A DNA stretch of 58,771 bases from Chryseobacterium gleum (GTDB lineage Bacteria; Bacteroidota; Bacteroidia; Flavobacteriales_D; Crocinitomicaceae), in contig CALPUT020000001.1 in the NCBI GenBank assembly GCA_943326825.2, positions 1 through 58,771 on the forward strand. Reading direction: 5' to 3'. Every line of letters starts with the position of its first letter. Position 1 is the first letter of the stretch. Below the pieces are notes generated by a model. That model did not search any database. It saw only the letters and a program-made list of their open reading frames with translations, and had not been told where the DNA came from. The position numbers and the translations under genes are program-made. Positions 28,925 to 39,221 of the stretch are shown here, in pieces.

Positions 28925-30052
28925 ATGTTATCTAAAAATAGAGCAATTGTATCTGTAACAAACGATTTATATACGGATCAGCGTGTACATAAAATTTGTT
29001 TGTTTTTAGAAGAACAAGGATACCAAGTACTTTTGTTAGGAAGAAAAAGAAAATCAAGTTTACCATTAGAGTCAAGATTATACAAAACAAAGCGAATGAA
29101 CTTGTTTTTTGATAAAGGAGCGATGTTTTATGCAGAGTACAATTTGCGTTTGTTTTTGTTTTTATTTTTTAAAAAGGGAAATCTATTTGTTTCAAATGAT
29201 TTAGATACACTTTTAGCTAATTACTGCGCTTCTATTTTAAAGTTAAAAACTAGACTAGTTTACGATTCACATGAATATTTTACAGAAGTTCCTGAATTAG
29301 TCAATCGACCGAAAATCCAACGAGTATGGGAAAAGATTGAAGAACGAATATTTCCCAAATTAGAAACAATTTATACTGTTAATTCATCAATTTCAGAATT
29401 ATATAAACATAAATACAATAAAGATTTATTCGTCGTTAGAAATATTTCAATGCTTTGGAAACCTGAAACTTTAAAATCTAAAGAAGAATTAAATATACCT
29501 TTAGATAAAAAGATTATTATCCTTCAAGGTGCTGGAATTAACATTGATAGAGGAGCAGAAGAAGCTGTTGAAGCAATGAAACTAATTGAAAATGCAATCT
29601 TATTATTTGTTGGAGATGGAGATGTTATTCCCTATTTAAAGAAATATGTTGAAGAAAATAATTTGACTAACAAAGTGATTTTTATCGGAAGAAAACCATA
29701 TCTGGAGATGATGAATTACACTTTTCATGCAGATTTAGGTTTAACCCTGGATAAAGCGACTAATATTAATTATAAGAATTCACTTCCTAATAAAGTATTT
29801 GATTACATACATACTGAAACACCAATTGTTGCAACACCAATTTATGAGGTGAAAAGGATAATTGAAAAATACAATGTGGGAAAAATTTTAGAAGATTTTA
29901 ATTCGAAAAATTTAGCGAGTTTAATTAATTCCATCCTTTCAAATGAGCTTTTACTTAAAGAACTAAAAGCAAACTGCAAAATTGCTCGTGATTTTGAAAA
30001 TTGGGAAAAAGAAAAAGAAGTATTAAAACAAATTTACCCAAAAGTTGGATAG
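28925..30052 (+). CDS. Glycosyltransferase family 4
   Basis: DQRV, NDLDTL, YDSHE and PNKVFDY motifs (GT-B fold). Confidence 0.9.
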   Translation: MLSKNRAIVSVTNDLYTDQRVHKICLFLEEQGYQVLLLGRKRKSSLPLESRLYKTKRMNLFFDKGAMFYAEYNLRLFLFLFFKKGNLFVSNDLDTLLANYCASILKLKTRLVYDSHEYFTEVPELVNRPKIQRVWEKIEERIFPKLETIYTVNSSISELYKHKYNKDLFVVRNISMLWKPETLKSKEELNIPLDKKIIILQGAGINIDRGAEEAVEAMKLIENAILLFVGDGDVIPYLKKYVEENNLTNKVIFIGRKPYLEMMNYTFHADLGLTLDKATNINYKNSLPNKVFDYIHTETPIVATPIYEVKRIIEKYNVGKILEDFNSKNLASLINSILSNELLLKELKANCKIARDFENWEKEKEVLKQIYPKVG

Positions 30053-31166
30053 AGTAAAGTTACATATCGTTTCGTTTGATGTCCCTTATCCAGCTAATTA
30101 TGGTGGTGTGATTGATGTTTTTTATCGAATTAAGTCTTTATCTGAGTTAGGTGTTGAGATATATTTACACTGTTTTGAATATGGAAGAGGTGAAGCTATT
30201 GAGTTAGAAAAATATTGTAAAAAAGTTTATTATTACTCACGTAAAAAATCAATTTTCGATTTATTTAGTAAGATTCCGTTTATCGTAAAATCAAGAATAA
30301 ATGAAGATTTAGCCATTCGTTTAAACGAAAATGATTTTCCAATTTTGTTTGAAGGGTTGCATACTACAAGCTATTTAAGTAAGCTAATTAATAAAGATAG
30401 ATTGACATTTGTCAGAACACATAATATTGAACATGAGTATTATGATGCACTTTCGAAAAAATCAAATGGTTTTAAAAAACTGTTTTTTAGTTTAGAAGCA
30501 AAGAAATTAAAAAGATTTGAAATGCAATTAAAATTAGCGAAGCAGCTTTTATGTATTACAAAATCAGATTTAGATTATTTTCAAAATATTAATAAACATT
30601 CTTTTTTATTGCAACCTTCATTTGAACAAAAACAAATTCAACAATTTGAATTAGCTAATTATGCTTTGTTTCATGGTAACTTAAGCGTAGAAGAAAATGA
30701 AGAGGCAGCTTGTTGGATCATTGAAAATGTGTGGAGTAATCATTTGAATTTACCTTTAATAATAGCAGGAAAAAATCCATCTAAAAAACTGAAAGAGATT
30801 TCAATGAAATATGAAATTCAATTAATTGATTCACCGGAAGAAGTTGAAATGAATTCATTAATCGAAAATGCATCAGTTCATGTTTTATATTCTTCTCAAT
30901 CCACAGGTATAAAATTAAAATTGATTGCTGCTTTACAAACAAATGGTATTGTTCTTTCAAATTATAATCTGGTAAATGGTTCTAATCTTGAAGAGTATTG
31001 TGTAATCGCAAATGATTCGAATACATATCAGCAAGTTCTTTTGAATTTGGAAAATTATATATTAACTGAAAAAGATAAAATTAAACGTAGACAGTTGTTT
31101 GAAACCAAATTAAATGTTAATTTAAATAATCAATTAATTGTAGAATTAAGTAAAAAGTATCAATGA
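30045..31166 (+). CDS. Glycosyltransferase (GT-B, mannosyltransferase-like)
   Basis: SFDVPYPANYGG, HNIEH.YY and TGIKLKLI.AL motifs. Confidence 0.8.
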   Translation: MDRVKLHIVSFDVPYPANYGGVIDVFYRIKSLSELGVEIYLHCFEYGRGEAIELEKYCKKVYYYSRKKSIFDLFSKIPFIVKSRINEDLAIRLNENDFPILFEGLHTTSYLSKLINKDRLTFVRTHNIEHEYYDALSKKSNGFKKLFFSLEAKKLKRFEMQLKLAKQLLCITKSDLDYFQNINKHSFLLQPSFEQKQIQQFELANYALFHGNLSVEENEEAACWIIENVWSNHLNLPLIIAGKNPSKKLKEISMKYEIQLIDSPEEVEMNSLIENASVHVLYSSQSTGIKLKLIAALQTNGIVLSNYNLVNGSNLEEYCVIANDSNTYQQVLLNLENYILTEKDKIKRRQLFETKLNVNLNNQLIVELSKKYQ

Positions 31167-31798
31167 AAGATCCAATATTAATAGAAGAAATAATCAAACT
31201 TGCTCTAGCATTATTGTTTGGAGCTATTATCGGAGCAGAGAGAGAGTATAAAAGTAAAGCTGCCGGTTTTAGGACTGTTATTTTAATTACTGTTGGATCA
31301 ACTCTTTTTACTATTGTTTCAAATGTATTAGGTGCAGAAGGACGAGTTGCATCCAATATTGTAACAGGTATTGGGTTTTTAGGTGCCGGAGCTATATTTC
31401 GTGAGGGAGTGAATGTTAAAGGGTTGACAACGGCAACAACTATTTGGATTTCAGCAGCAATCGGAATGGCCATTGGAATAGGTAAATATGATTTTGCTTT
31501 TGCAGCTTTACTTATAGTTATGTTGGTATTATTAAGTTTTACTTGGATACAAAAAAAGATTGAAAGAACAAATAAAGTTGAGACATATCATATCACGATA
31601 GATGATAATAAAACGACTAACAAAGATGCTTTAAAAGATATTTTCATCTCTTGTGGGTTGGTTTCAAAATGTACAAAACAGATGAAGAGTCATAATACTC
31701 AAACATTTATTTATTCTGTACAAGGACCAGCTAAAAATCATTCTAACTTAATAAAAATATTATTTGATACTGAATTTATTGCTTCATTTGAGTCATAA
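31163..31798 (+). CDS. MgtC/SapB family protein
   Basis: IGAERE...AGFRT, GIGFLGAG and GLTTATTIW motifs. Confidence 0.92.
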   Translation: MKDPILIEEIIKLALALLFGAIIGAEREYKSKAAGFRTVILITVGSTLFTIVSNVLGAEGRVASNIVTGIGFLGAGAIFREGVNVKGLTTATTIWISAAIGMAIGIGKYDFAFAALLIVMLVLLSFTWIQKKIERTNKVETYHITIDDNKTTNKDALKDIFISCGLVSKCTKQMKSHNTQTFIYSVQGPAKNHSNLIKILFDTEFIASFES

Positions 31799-31808
31799 AG
31801 CAGTTATT

Positions 31809-31837
31809 ACAATTCATAGTTCATATTCAACAATTCA
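31809..31837 (+). promoter_or_regulatory. Putative LytTR-type direct-repeat operator
   Basis: ACAATTCA at 31809 and 31830 (21-bp period), upstream of the -7 element TAGATTTG at 31873-31880. Confidence 0.5.
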
Positions 31838-31904
31838 ACAACTTTATCCAAATTAAATACATACAATGTTTCTAGATTTGTTTTGTATTAAATTTTATTT
31901 CAAA

Positions 31905-34280
31905 ATGCGTTTAACAACTTTACTTTTAGCAATAACAAGTTTGATAAGTTCAACTTTATTGTTTTCACAAGAATCTACTCAATCAATTAAAGGGACAGTG
32001 CTTGATAAGCAATCATTAACATCATTACCAAATACAATCATTCGAGTAATTGGTTCTGATACTCTTTTGAATGCACAAACTGATATAGATGGAAAATATA
32101 TCATTACTGGAGTAAAGCCTGGCAGATATGATGTTCAGGCAAATTTTGCAGGATACAAATCGATTACCTTGCCAAATATTATTGTAACAGTGGGTAAGGA
32201 GGTAATTGTTGATATTTCTTTAGAAGAAAATATTAATTCAATTTCAGAAGTTGTAATTTCTGGAAATAAAAAGAATGAAACAATAAATGAATTGACAACC
32301 GTTAGTGCGAGATCTTTTAGTACTGAGGAAGTGAATCGATTTGCAGGTGGTCGATCGGATCCATCAAGAATGGCTGCTAATTTTGCGGGTGTTAGTTCTC
32401 CTGATGATTCAAGAAATGATTTAGTTATTAGAGGGAATTCACCTGTTGGAGTGTTGTGGAGAATAGAAGGATTAAACATTCCAAATCCAAATCACTTTTC
32501 TACTATCGGTACAACTGGGGGGCCGGTAAGTGCATTAAATACAAATGTTTTAAAGAATTCAGATTTTTTCACTTCAGCTTTTCCTTCGGAATATGGAAAT
32601 GCAACTGCAGGCGTTTTTGATTTAGGTTTTAGAAAAGGAAATGCAGATAAGAGGGAACACACATTTCAGTTAGGAGCATTAACAGGCTTGGAAGGCGTTA
32701 CGGAAGGACCGTTGAGAAAATCTAAAGGTTCATCTTATTTAATTGCTTATCGCTATTCATTCACAGAATTTGCTCAAAAAGCAGGGATCCCAATTGGAAC
32801 AACAGCAACACCTTTTTACCAAGATATCTCTTTTAAAATCAACGGGGGAAATACCAAACTAGGTAAATTTGTGTTATTTGGCATTGCAGGAAAAAGTAAA
32901 ATTAATTTTTTACATGATAAAATTGATAGTACAGATTTATTTGCAAACCCAGTTAGAGATAGTTATTTTACTAGTAATATGGCACTTGTAGGTGTTAATC
33001 ATTTCATTCGTGTAAATCCAAAGTCATATTTTAAAACAATTATTGGAGCAACTTTCTCATCTTCAGTTTACAACGAGGATTCTATCAATAAGCAAACCAA
33101 TGAAATAAAGAGAATTTTAGAAAATAAAACGACGCAAATTAGATATACATTGAATAGTTCGTTTAATACCAAAATAAATTCAAAATTATTCCTGAAAGTT
33201 GGTGTGTTGACTGAAGTAATGAATTTGAATCTTTATTACAGAAGTAAATATTATACACCTGATTGGAAACAAATATGGGATTTTAATGATTACACTTCTT
33301 TGCTACAAGGATATGCGCATCTGAAGTATTCAATTTCTACACGATTTACTTTAAATGCAGGTTTACACACTCAATATTTAGTTTTAAATAAATCTTCAGC
33401 AATAGAACCTAGGGTTGGTTTGAAATTTCAGGTTAATGAAAAAAGTAACTTAAGCTTTGGTTATGGATTACATAGCCAAATGCAACCAACAGATTCTTAT
33501 TTCTTCAGAACACTTTTAGCGGATGGAACATATGTTCAATCAAATAAAAACATGGGTTTTACTAAAAGTCATCAATTGGTACTTGGATATGAATTATTTC
33601 CAGTAAAAAATTGGAGAATAAAAGCGGAAACGTATTACCAATTTATTTTTAATGTTCCTGTTACAGAAACAGCAAGTGCATATTCGATGTTGAATGCAGG
33701 AGCTAGTTTTTTTCCAAATGAAACATCTTATCTTAAAAATACAGGTACAGGAAGAAACTATGGAGTTGAGTTAACGGTTGAAAAATTCTATAGCAAAGGT
33801 TTTTACACGTTGATAACAGGTTCTTTATATGAATCTAAATATACTGGAAGTGATGGTGTAGAAAGAAATACAGGCTTTAATGGGAGATTTGTATATAATG
33901 TATTAGCCGGAAAAGAATTTAAAGTTGGAAAAGAAAAACGTAATTCTTTTACAACGGATATTAAGTTTACACAAGCAGGAGGAAGATATTATACTCCGGT
34001 TGATTTAGAGGCTTCACAATTGATTAATTTTCAAGTTCTGAAAGATGATCAATTTGCCTTTTCGATGCGAAATCCTAATTTCTTTCGTTTAGATTTTAAG
34101 GTTGGATTTACAATGAATAGTAAAAAACGAAAAGTTTCTCAATCGATATATTTGGATATACAAAATGTTACAAATCATAAAAATGTTTTTGCTCAAAGAT
34201 ACAATCCTTTGACTGGTAAAATAAATACAGCATATCAAATTGGTTTATTCCCTAACTTTGTTTATAAAGTTCAATTTTAA
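31905..34280 (+). CDS. TonB-dependent receptor with an N-terminal carboxypeptidase-regulatory-like domain (start moved from 31866 to 31905)
   Basis: Signal peptide MRLTTLLL..., plug motifs RNDLVIRGNSP and PNPNHF, C-terminal Phe; the promoter lies inside the longer ORF. Confidence 0.88.
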   Translation: MRLTTLLLAITSLISSTLLFSQESTQSIKGTVLDKQSLTSLPNTIIRVIGSDTLLNAQTDIDGKYIITGVKPGRYDVQANFAGYKSITLPNIIVTVGKEVIVDISLEENINSISEVVISGNKKNETINELTTVSARSFSTEEVNRFAGGRSDPSRMAANFAGVSSPDDSRNDLVIRGNSPVGVLWRIEGLNIPNPNHFSTIGTTGGPVSALNTNVLKNSDFFTSAFPSEYGNATAGVFDLGFRKGNADKREHTFQLGALTGLEGVTEGPLRKSKGSSYLIAYRYSFTEFAQKAGIPIGTTATPFYQDISFKINGGNTKLGKFVLFGIAGKSKINFLHDKIDSTDLFANPVRDSYFTSNMALVGVNHFIRVNPKSYFKTIIGATFSSSVYNEDSINKQTNEIKRILENKTTQIRYTLNSSFNTKINSKLFLKVGVLTEVMNLNLYYRSKYYTPDWKQIWDFNDYTSLLQGYAHLKYSISTRFTLNAGLHTQYLVLNKSSAIEPRVGLKFQVNEKSNLSFGYGLHSQMQPTDSYFFRTLLADGTYVQSNKNMGFTKSHQLVLGYELFPVKNWRIKAETYYQFIFNVPVTETASAYSMLNAGASFFPNETSYLKNTGTGRNYGVELTVEKFYSKGFYTLITGSLYESKYTGSDGVERNTGFNGRFVYNVLAGKEFKVGKEKRNSFTTDIKFTQAGGRYYTPVDLEASQLINFQVLKDDQFAFSMRNPNFFRLDFKVGFTMNSKKRKVSQSIYLDIQNVTNHKNVFAQRYNPLTGKINTAYQIGLFPNFVYKVQF

Positions 34281-34314
34281 ATTACTAAAAATTGTTTTCA
34301 AATAAGAATCGCAT

Positions 34315-35340
34315 ATGAATAGAAGTAAGAAAAGGTTTATATGGATGTTCATTTTAGGTTCAATTATTACTTATTTATTAGACTTTTTATTAAAAGATTA
34401 TGAAATTAGGCCTGAAAGAAATCGTTTTTTAGATTTATTTATGTCTATACTGATTACGATCTTAATTTGGGAAGGGAATTTAAGACTTGATCATTTTTTA
34501 AATTTAAAATTAGAATGGCAAAAAGTTCCTAAAAAACGATTCGTTATACAGTTTTCATTAGCATTAACGTATAGTTTTTTGATCATTTATTTGTCGATGT
34601 ATACATTCAATTCGTTTGTATGTAAAATTCCCGATGCCAGACAGTCAATGTTTTTGACTACTTCAATAACTGTTGGATTATTAATTACGATTATTATTTT
34701 GTCTATAGAAATAGGTTTTCAATTTTTTAAACAATGGAAAAAATCGTTAATTGAAATTGAAGAATATAAGACAGAATCTGTATCAGCTCAATTACAAAAT
34801 TTAAAAAGTCAATTAAATCCACATTTTTTATTTAATAATTTAAGTGTACTTTCTTCTTTAGTATATTCAAATCAAGATAAAGCAGTAGAATTCATTAATC
34901 AATTGTCAAAAGTATACAGATACATATTGGATAATAATAATACAGAATTAATATCTCTAAAAGAAGAATTAAAATTCATGGAATCATATTTTTTCTTATT
35001 GAAAATAAGATTTGGGGAGAATATTATCTTTGATATCCAATTGAAAGATGAGGATTTATCATTTAAAATTCCACCACTGTCTTTACAGATTTTATTGGAA
35101 AATGCAATTAAACATAACGAAATTTCATCTAATTCACCTTTAAAAATTAGTTTGAGTATTAAAAACGAAATGCTTCAAATTTGTAATAATATTCGACTAA
35201 GGCCAATTTATGAGCCAAGTTCAAAGATGGGTATTAAGAATATTGAAAGTAGATATCTTTTTTTTACGGATCAAAAAATTGAAATCATTGATGATAATGA
35301 TTTTTTTTGTGTCAAATTACCTTTATTAACTGTGAAATGA
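34315..35340 (+). CDS. LytS/YehU-family sensor histidine kinase
   Basis: TM helices; LKSQLNPHFLFNNL, LSKVYRY and LQILLENAIKHN motifs. Confidence 0.92.
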   Translation: MNRSKKRFIWMFILGSIITYLLDFLLKDYEIRPERNRFLDLFMSILITILIWEGNLRLDHFLNLKLEWQKVPKKRFVIQFSLALTYSFLIIYLSMYTFNSFVCKIPDARQSMFLTTSITVGLLITIIILSIEIGFQFFKQWKKSLIEIEEYKTESVSAQLQNLKSQLNPHFLFNNLSVLSSLVYSNQDKAVEFINQLSKVYRYILDNNNTELISLKEELKFMESYFFLLKIRFGENIIFDIQLKDEDLSFKIPPLSLQILLENAIKHNEISSNSPLKISLSIKNEMLQICNNIRLRPIYEPSSKMGIKNIESRYLFFTDQKIEIIDDNDFFCVKLPLLTVK

Positions 35341-36101
35341 GAGTTGTAATCATTGAAGATGAAAAATTGTCAGTAGATTATTTAGTTAATCTCCTTTTCA
35401 AAATTGATCAAAATATTAAAATCATAAATGTTTTTGAATCAGTAAAAGAATCAATTATCGCATTTAATAATGGAATAGAAGCAGATTTATTATTTGTAGA
35501 TATTCATTTATCTGATGGAATTAGCTTTGATATTTTTTCAAAAGTAAAAGTGAATTCACCTATTATTTTCACAACTGCTTATGATGAATATGCATTAAAA
35601 GCATTCAAATTAAATAGTATTGATTACTTGCTTAAACCACTTGGTATTGATGAGGTTAGGCAAGCTATCAAGAAATTTGAAAGATGGAATAAATATAGTG
35701 AAATTAATTTTGAAGCAATTTCAAATGCTTATTTAGCAGAATCTAAACAATTCAAAAATCGCTTTATTGTTAAGTTAGGAGATTCTATATCTTCTATTCA
35801 AATTGATGAAATCCAATATTTTATTTCTGAAGAAGGAGTTGTATTGCTAGTAACTAAAAATAATAAGCGATTTATTATTGATTATAATCTAGATGAATTA
35901 GAAGTATGTTTAAATTTTGATCTATTCTTTAGGATAAATAGGAAGACAATAATTGCAATGTCAAGTATAGAAAAAGTTAATTCCTATTTCAATAGTCGTT
36001 TAAAAGTGAAAGTATTGAATTTGATTGAAGATGCTTCTATAATAAGTAGAGATAGAGTTTCAGAATTTAAAAAATGGTTAGATGGAACTATTCGAACATA
36101 A
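35337..36101 (+). CDS. LytTR-family response regulator (start at the ATGA overlap, 35337)
   Basis: REC domain (IIEDE, DIHL.DG, FTTAYDEYA, DYLLKP) plus LytTR motif FFRINR. Confidence 0.93.
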   Translation: MRVVIIEDEKLSVDYLVNLLFKIDQNIKIINVFESVKESIIAFNNGIEADLLFVDIHLSDGISFDIFSKVKVNSPIIFTTAYDEYALKAFKLNSIDYLLKPLGIDEVRQAIKKFERWNKYSEINFEAISNAYLAESKQFKNRFIVKLGDSISSIQIDEIQYFISEEGVVLLVTKNNKRFIIDYNLDELEVCLNFDLFFRINRKTIIAMSSIEKVNSYFNSRLKVKVLNLIEDASIISRDRVSEFKKWLDGTIRT

Positions 36102-36133
36102 AAAAAGGAACAATAAAATTGTTCCTTTTTTTT
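36100..36133. terminator. Bidirectional terminator
   Basis: A7-GGAACAAT-aaa-ATTGTTCC-T8 between convergent genes. Confidence 0.85.
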
Positions 36134-36147
36134 GTCAATTTAAAATA

Positions 36148-36663
36148 TTAGTTTTTAGGAGCTTCTTCTGTTTTAACTTCTTGAGGTAAAACTGTTCCTT
36201 TTATTGTTAAAATAATTGGTTCAGTTTGAACATTTGTAGTAACAGTGATTGTTTTTGTAAATTGACCAACTCTTTTTGTGTCATATTTTACAGCAATTTC
36301 ACCTTTTTTCCCTGGTTGAATTGGTTCTTCAGGTTTAGCAGCATTTGTACAACCACAACTTGTTTGAACATTTTGAATTAAAATTGGAGTTTTTCCAGTG
36401 TTTTTGAATTCAAAAATAAATAAGTCTTGAGAATCATATTTAACTTCAGGACGCTCAATAACTTCATTTTTGAAAACAATTGCTTTTTCTGTTTGAGCAT
36501 CTTTAGATTCAGCTTTTTCAGATTCAACTTTTTCAGTCTCTATTTTTTTATTCTCTTTCGAAGTTTCTTTTTTCTCTACTACTTCTTTTTTATTAGTAGC
36601 TTCCTGCGCATTGATATTTAATGATAATGCTAACATTGAAATTGATAATAATATAACTTTCAT
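36148..36663 (-). CDS. DUF1573 (Ig-like) domain exported protein (likely start 36663)
   Basis: Signal peptide, K/E-rich linker, and F.NTG..P..I..V.TSCGC...I.PG. Confidence 0.85.
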   Translation of the reverse strand: MKVILLSISMLALSLNINAQEATNKKEVVEKKETSKENKKIETEKVESEKAESKDAQTEKAIVFKNEVIERPEVKYDSQDLFIFEFKNTGKTPILIQNVQTSCGCTNAAKPEEPIQPGKKGEIAVKYDTKRVGQFTKTITVTTNVQTEPIILTIKGTVLPQEVKTEEAPKN

Positions 36664-36739
36664 AATCGATTTTTTTTTTAACAAGGTTACAATAAAAATT
36701 TTAATCTATAAATTGTTTTAACAAAAAATTTTACAAATA

Positions 36740-37366
36740 CTATACCAAAAACGAATCATCTTTAAAATAGTTGCTTATTACATCTATTATTGATGGGTAA
36801 GTATTCATTATTATTATTTCTTTTATTTCTTTTTTTGTGAACCATTTAACTTCAGAAATACCTTCGTCTAATTGAGGAGTTAGTTTTTCATTTCCTTCAT
36901 AATCTAAATTATACCAAAATGTCTTTTTGATTGTAGGTTTTCCCTTATAAAGATAAGTGTGATAAGTAATACAATTAAAATTAGTTATTTTGGGTTTTGA
37001 AATACCACATTCCTCTTCGATTTCTCGAATTGCTCCCAATTCTGAATTTTCATTTTCATCTAATTTCCCTTTAGGAATATCCCAATAACCATTTCTTTTT
37101 ATGAATAAAAAGTTATTTTTCTTTCTAACAATTCCACCAGATGCTTCTACAAAATCAAATTTTTTGAAAATTTTGAAAAAAGCTTTTTCAGGATTTGGAT
37201 AAATAACATAGATCGGTAATTTAATATTAGTGTCTGAAAAACAGTTGAATATTAATTTCCGAAGTCCTTTTAATTTTTTTGTTTTAATTATTAATCCTTC
37301 TAAAGAATTAATTTCTTCATTATCTAAGATGAAAACAGCTCTATTTTCAATAAAAACTTTGTACAT
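36740..37366 (-). CDS. NUDIX hydrolase (likely start MYKVFIEN at 37366)
   Basis: WDIPKGK......GAIREIEEECG Nudix box. Confidence 0.88.
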   Translation of the reverse strand: MYKVFIENRAVFILDNEEINSLEGLIIKTKKLKGLRKLIFNCFSDTNIKLPIYVIYPNPEKAFFKIFKKFDFVEASGGIVRKKNNFLFIKRNGYWDIPKGKLDENENSELGAIREIEEECGISKPKITNFNCITYHTYLYKGKPTIKKTFWYNLDYEGNEKLTPQLDEGISEVKWFTKKEIKEIIIMNTYPSIIDVISNYFKDDSFLV

Positions 37367-37369
37367 TTG
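37362..37369 (+). promoter_or_regulatory. sigmaA -7 element (TACATTTG) for pyrE, overlapping the NUDIX start codon
   Basis: TAnnTTTG ends 4 nt before the pyrE ATG. Confidence 0.6.
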
Positions 37370-37373
37370 CCGT

Positions 37374-38015
37374 ATGATTTTGAATAGCGAAAAAGCGTTA
37401 AAGGTAGCAGAATTTTTATTACAAATAAAAGCTGTTAAGTTAGAACCCAATAATCCTTTTACTTGGGCTTCAGGTTGGAAATCTCCGATTTATTGTGATA
37501 ATCGTGTAACTCTTTCATTTCCAAATATTAGAACTTTTATTAGACAAGGATATGCAGAGTCAATACTAGAGAAGTTTGGAAAGCCGGATATTATTGCAGG
37601 AGTAGCTACAGGAGGCATTGCTCAAGGTGCTTTAGTCGCTCAGGAATTAGGAGTTCCTTTTATATATGTTCGAAGTTCTGCAAAAGAGCATGGAATGGGA
37701 AATCAAATAGAAGGTTTCTATGAAGAAGGTAAGAAGGTTGTTGTTATTGAAGATTTAATTTCAACAGGAGGTAGTAGTATCAAAGCTATAGAGGCACTAA
37801 AATCAGCTGGTTTAGATGTTAAAGGATTAGTAGCTATCTTCACTTATGGATTTGAGCAAGCTAAAATTAATTTTGAAAAAGCCGAATGTCCTTTTATTAC
37901 ATTGACTTCTTATGATATTTTAATTGAACAAGCATTGAAGCAAGATTTTATTACAGTTAATGATTTAGATTCATTGAGAGAATGGAAGGAAAGTCCTGAT
38001 ACTTGGAAAAAATAA
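37374..38015 (+). CDS. pyrE: Orotate phosphoribosyltransferase (likely start 37374)
   Basis: FTWASG.KSPIYCDNR and PRPP motif VIEDLISTGGS. Confidence 0.95.
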   Translation: MILNSEKALKVAEFLLQIKAVKLEPNNPFTWASGWKSPIYCDNRVTLSFPNIRTFIRQGYAESILEKFGKPDIIAGVATGGIAQGALVAQELGVPFIYVRSSAKEHGMGNQIEGFYEEGKKVVVIEDLISTGGSSIKAIEALKSAGLDVKGLVAIFTYGFEQAKINFEKAECPFITLTSYDILIEQALKQDFITVNDLDSLREWKESPDTWKK

Positions 38016-38019
38016 ATCT

Positions 38020-38421
38020 ATGATTTTAAAAAGTACAACCGTATTAATTGATGCGAATCAAGAAACAATTTTTAGTTTTTTATCTGATTCATGCAATTTA
38101 GTTCATATTTTACCTAAAGAAAATATTTCTGATTGGAAGGCTAACTCAACTGAATGTTCATTCAAAGTTCAGGGTGGAGTAATTATTTCATTAATACAAG
38201 ATGGGTTTGAAGATAAATCAAAAATATTTATGAAATCTGGTGAAAAGTCACCATTTCCGTTTAAATTAACTTTGCATCTCGAGAAAATTGAAAATCAAAC
38301 TCAAGGATATATTGAATTTGATGGAGAATTAAATAAATTTTTAAAAATGGTGGTAGAGAAGCCTTTGACAAATCTTTTTAATTATATGTCGGAGAAACTT
38401 AAAACACATTTCGAGAATTAA
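38020..38421 (+). CDS. Hypothetical SRPBCC/CoxG-like protein
   Basis: IF.FLSD..NL..ILP and a C-terminal helix G.LN.FLKMVVEKPLTN. Confidence 0.6.
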   Translation: MILKSTTVLIDANQETIFSFLSDSCNLVHILPKENISDWKANSTECSFKVQGGVIISLIQDGFEDKSKIFMKSGEKSPFPFKLTLHLEKIENQTQGYIEFDGELNKFLKMVVEKPLTNLFNYMSEKLKTHFEN

Positions 38422-39139
38422 AATGTATTTCCTTTAAATTATATTCTTTAATTTTATTTTCTTTCAAAACTTCTAATAGTCCAAGTTCGGAGACTCCAAC
38501 AATTTTTCCTGAAAAATCCCCATCTTTATCATTGAATGTTGAGTTTGTATTTAATAACCATAGATTATTAAGATATTCTTCTTTTAAATTTGTGTAATTT
38601 TCATATTCTAATTCAGTAAATAATTGATTCATTTCGTTTATAAGCATTAGTAATAAATGATGAATTGGAGTATATTCTGCTATTTCATTATAAACACTAG
38701 TAGCATTTAAATCACCAAATTCCTTTTGATTAGTATTTAATCCAATACCCACAATACTATGTTCAATTTTCGCGCCTATTAATTGATTTTCAATAAGTAT
38801 TCCTGAAATTTTTTTTGAGTTTATTAAAATATCATTTGGCCATTTAATTTTTGCTTTAATTCCCTTTTTATGTAACAATCTAATTACGCTTAAAGAGGTG
38901 AAAATTGTCAAGTAAAATTGTTTGTGTACTGACAGATTAGCAGTCTTCAAATAGAAGCTTGTTATTATGTTTTCTCCTGGTTTTGAGATCCATATATTGC
39001 CTCTTTGCCCTTTGCCTTCAGTTTGATCATCTGCCATAATTACCGTTCCGTGTTCAATTTGTTTAGTTAACACCAAATTGGCAACATAATTGTTGGTTGA
39101 ATCAACACAATCGAGATGAATAATTTTTTTTCCGATCAT
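38399..39139 (-). CDS. birA: Biotin--protein ligase (no HTH domain)
   Basis: DSTNN, QTEGKGQRG..W, KWPND and KISGILIE motifs. Confidence 0.93.
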   Translation of the reverse strand: MIGKKIIHLDCVDSTNNYVANLVLTKQIEHGTVIMADDQTEGKGQRGNIWISKPGENIITSFYLKTANLSVHKQFYLTIFTSLSVIRLLHKKGIKAKIKWPNDILINSKKISGILIENQLIGAKIEHSIVGIGLNTNQKEFGDLNATSVYNEIAEYTPIHHLLLMLINEMNQLFTELEYENYTNLKEEYLNNLWLLNTNSTFNDKDGDFSGKIVGVSELGLLEVLKENKIKEYNLKEIHFNSRNVF

Positions 39140-39221
39140 TTTATTTTTGAAAGGTTAAAAGAGTTTAAAATTTCGATAAAATTAAAATTAAAAGTTAGAT
39201 TTGTAAGTATAAAAAAATTCG

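Noticed and set aside
37230..37450. Overlapping N-terminal extensions of the pyrE (37230) and NUDIX (37450) ORFs
   Set aside because: Each extension is antisense to the other gene; family-like sequence begins at 37374 and 37366.
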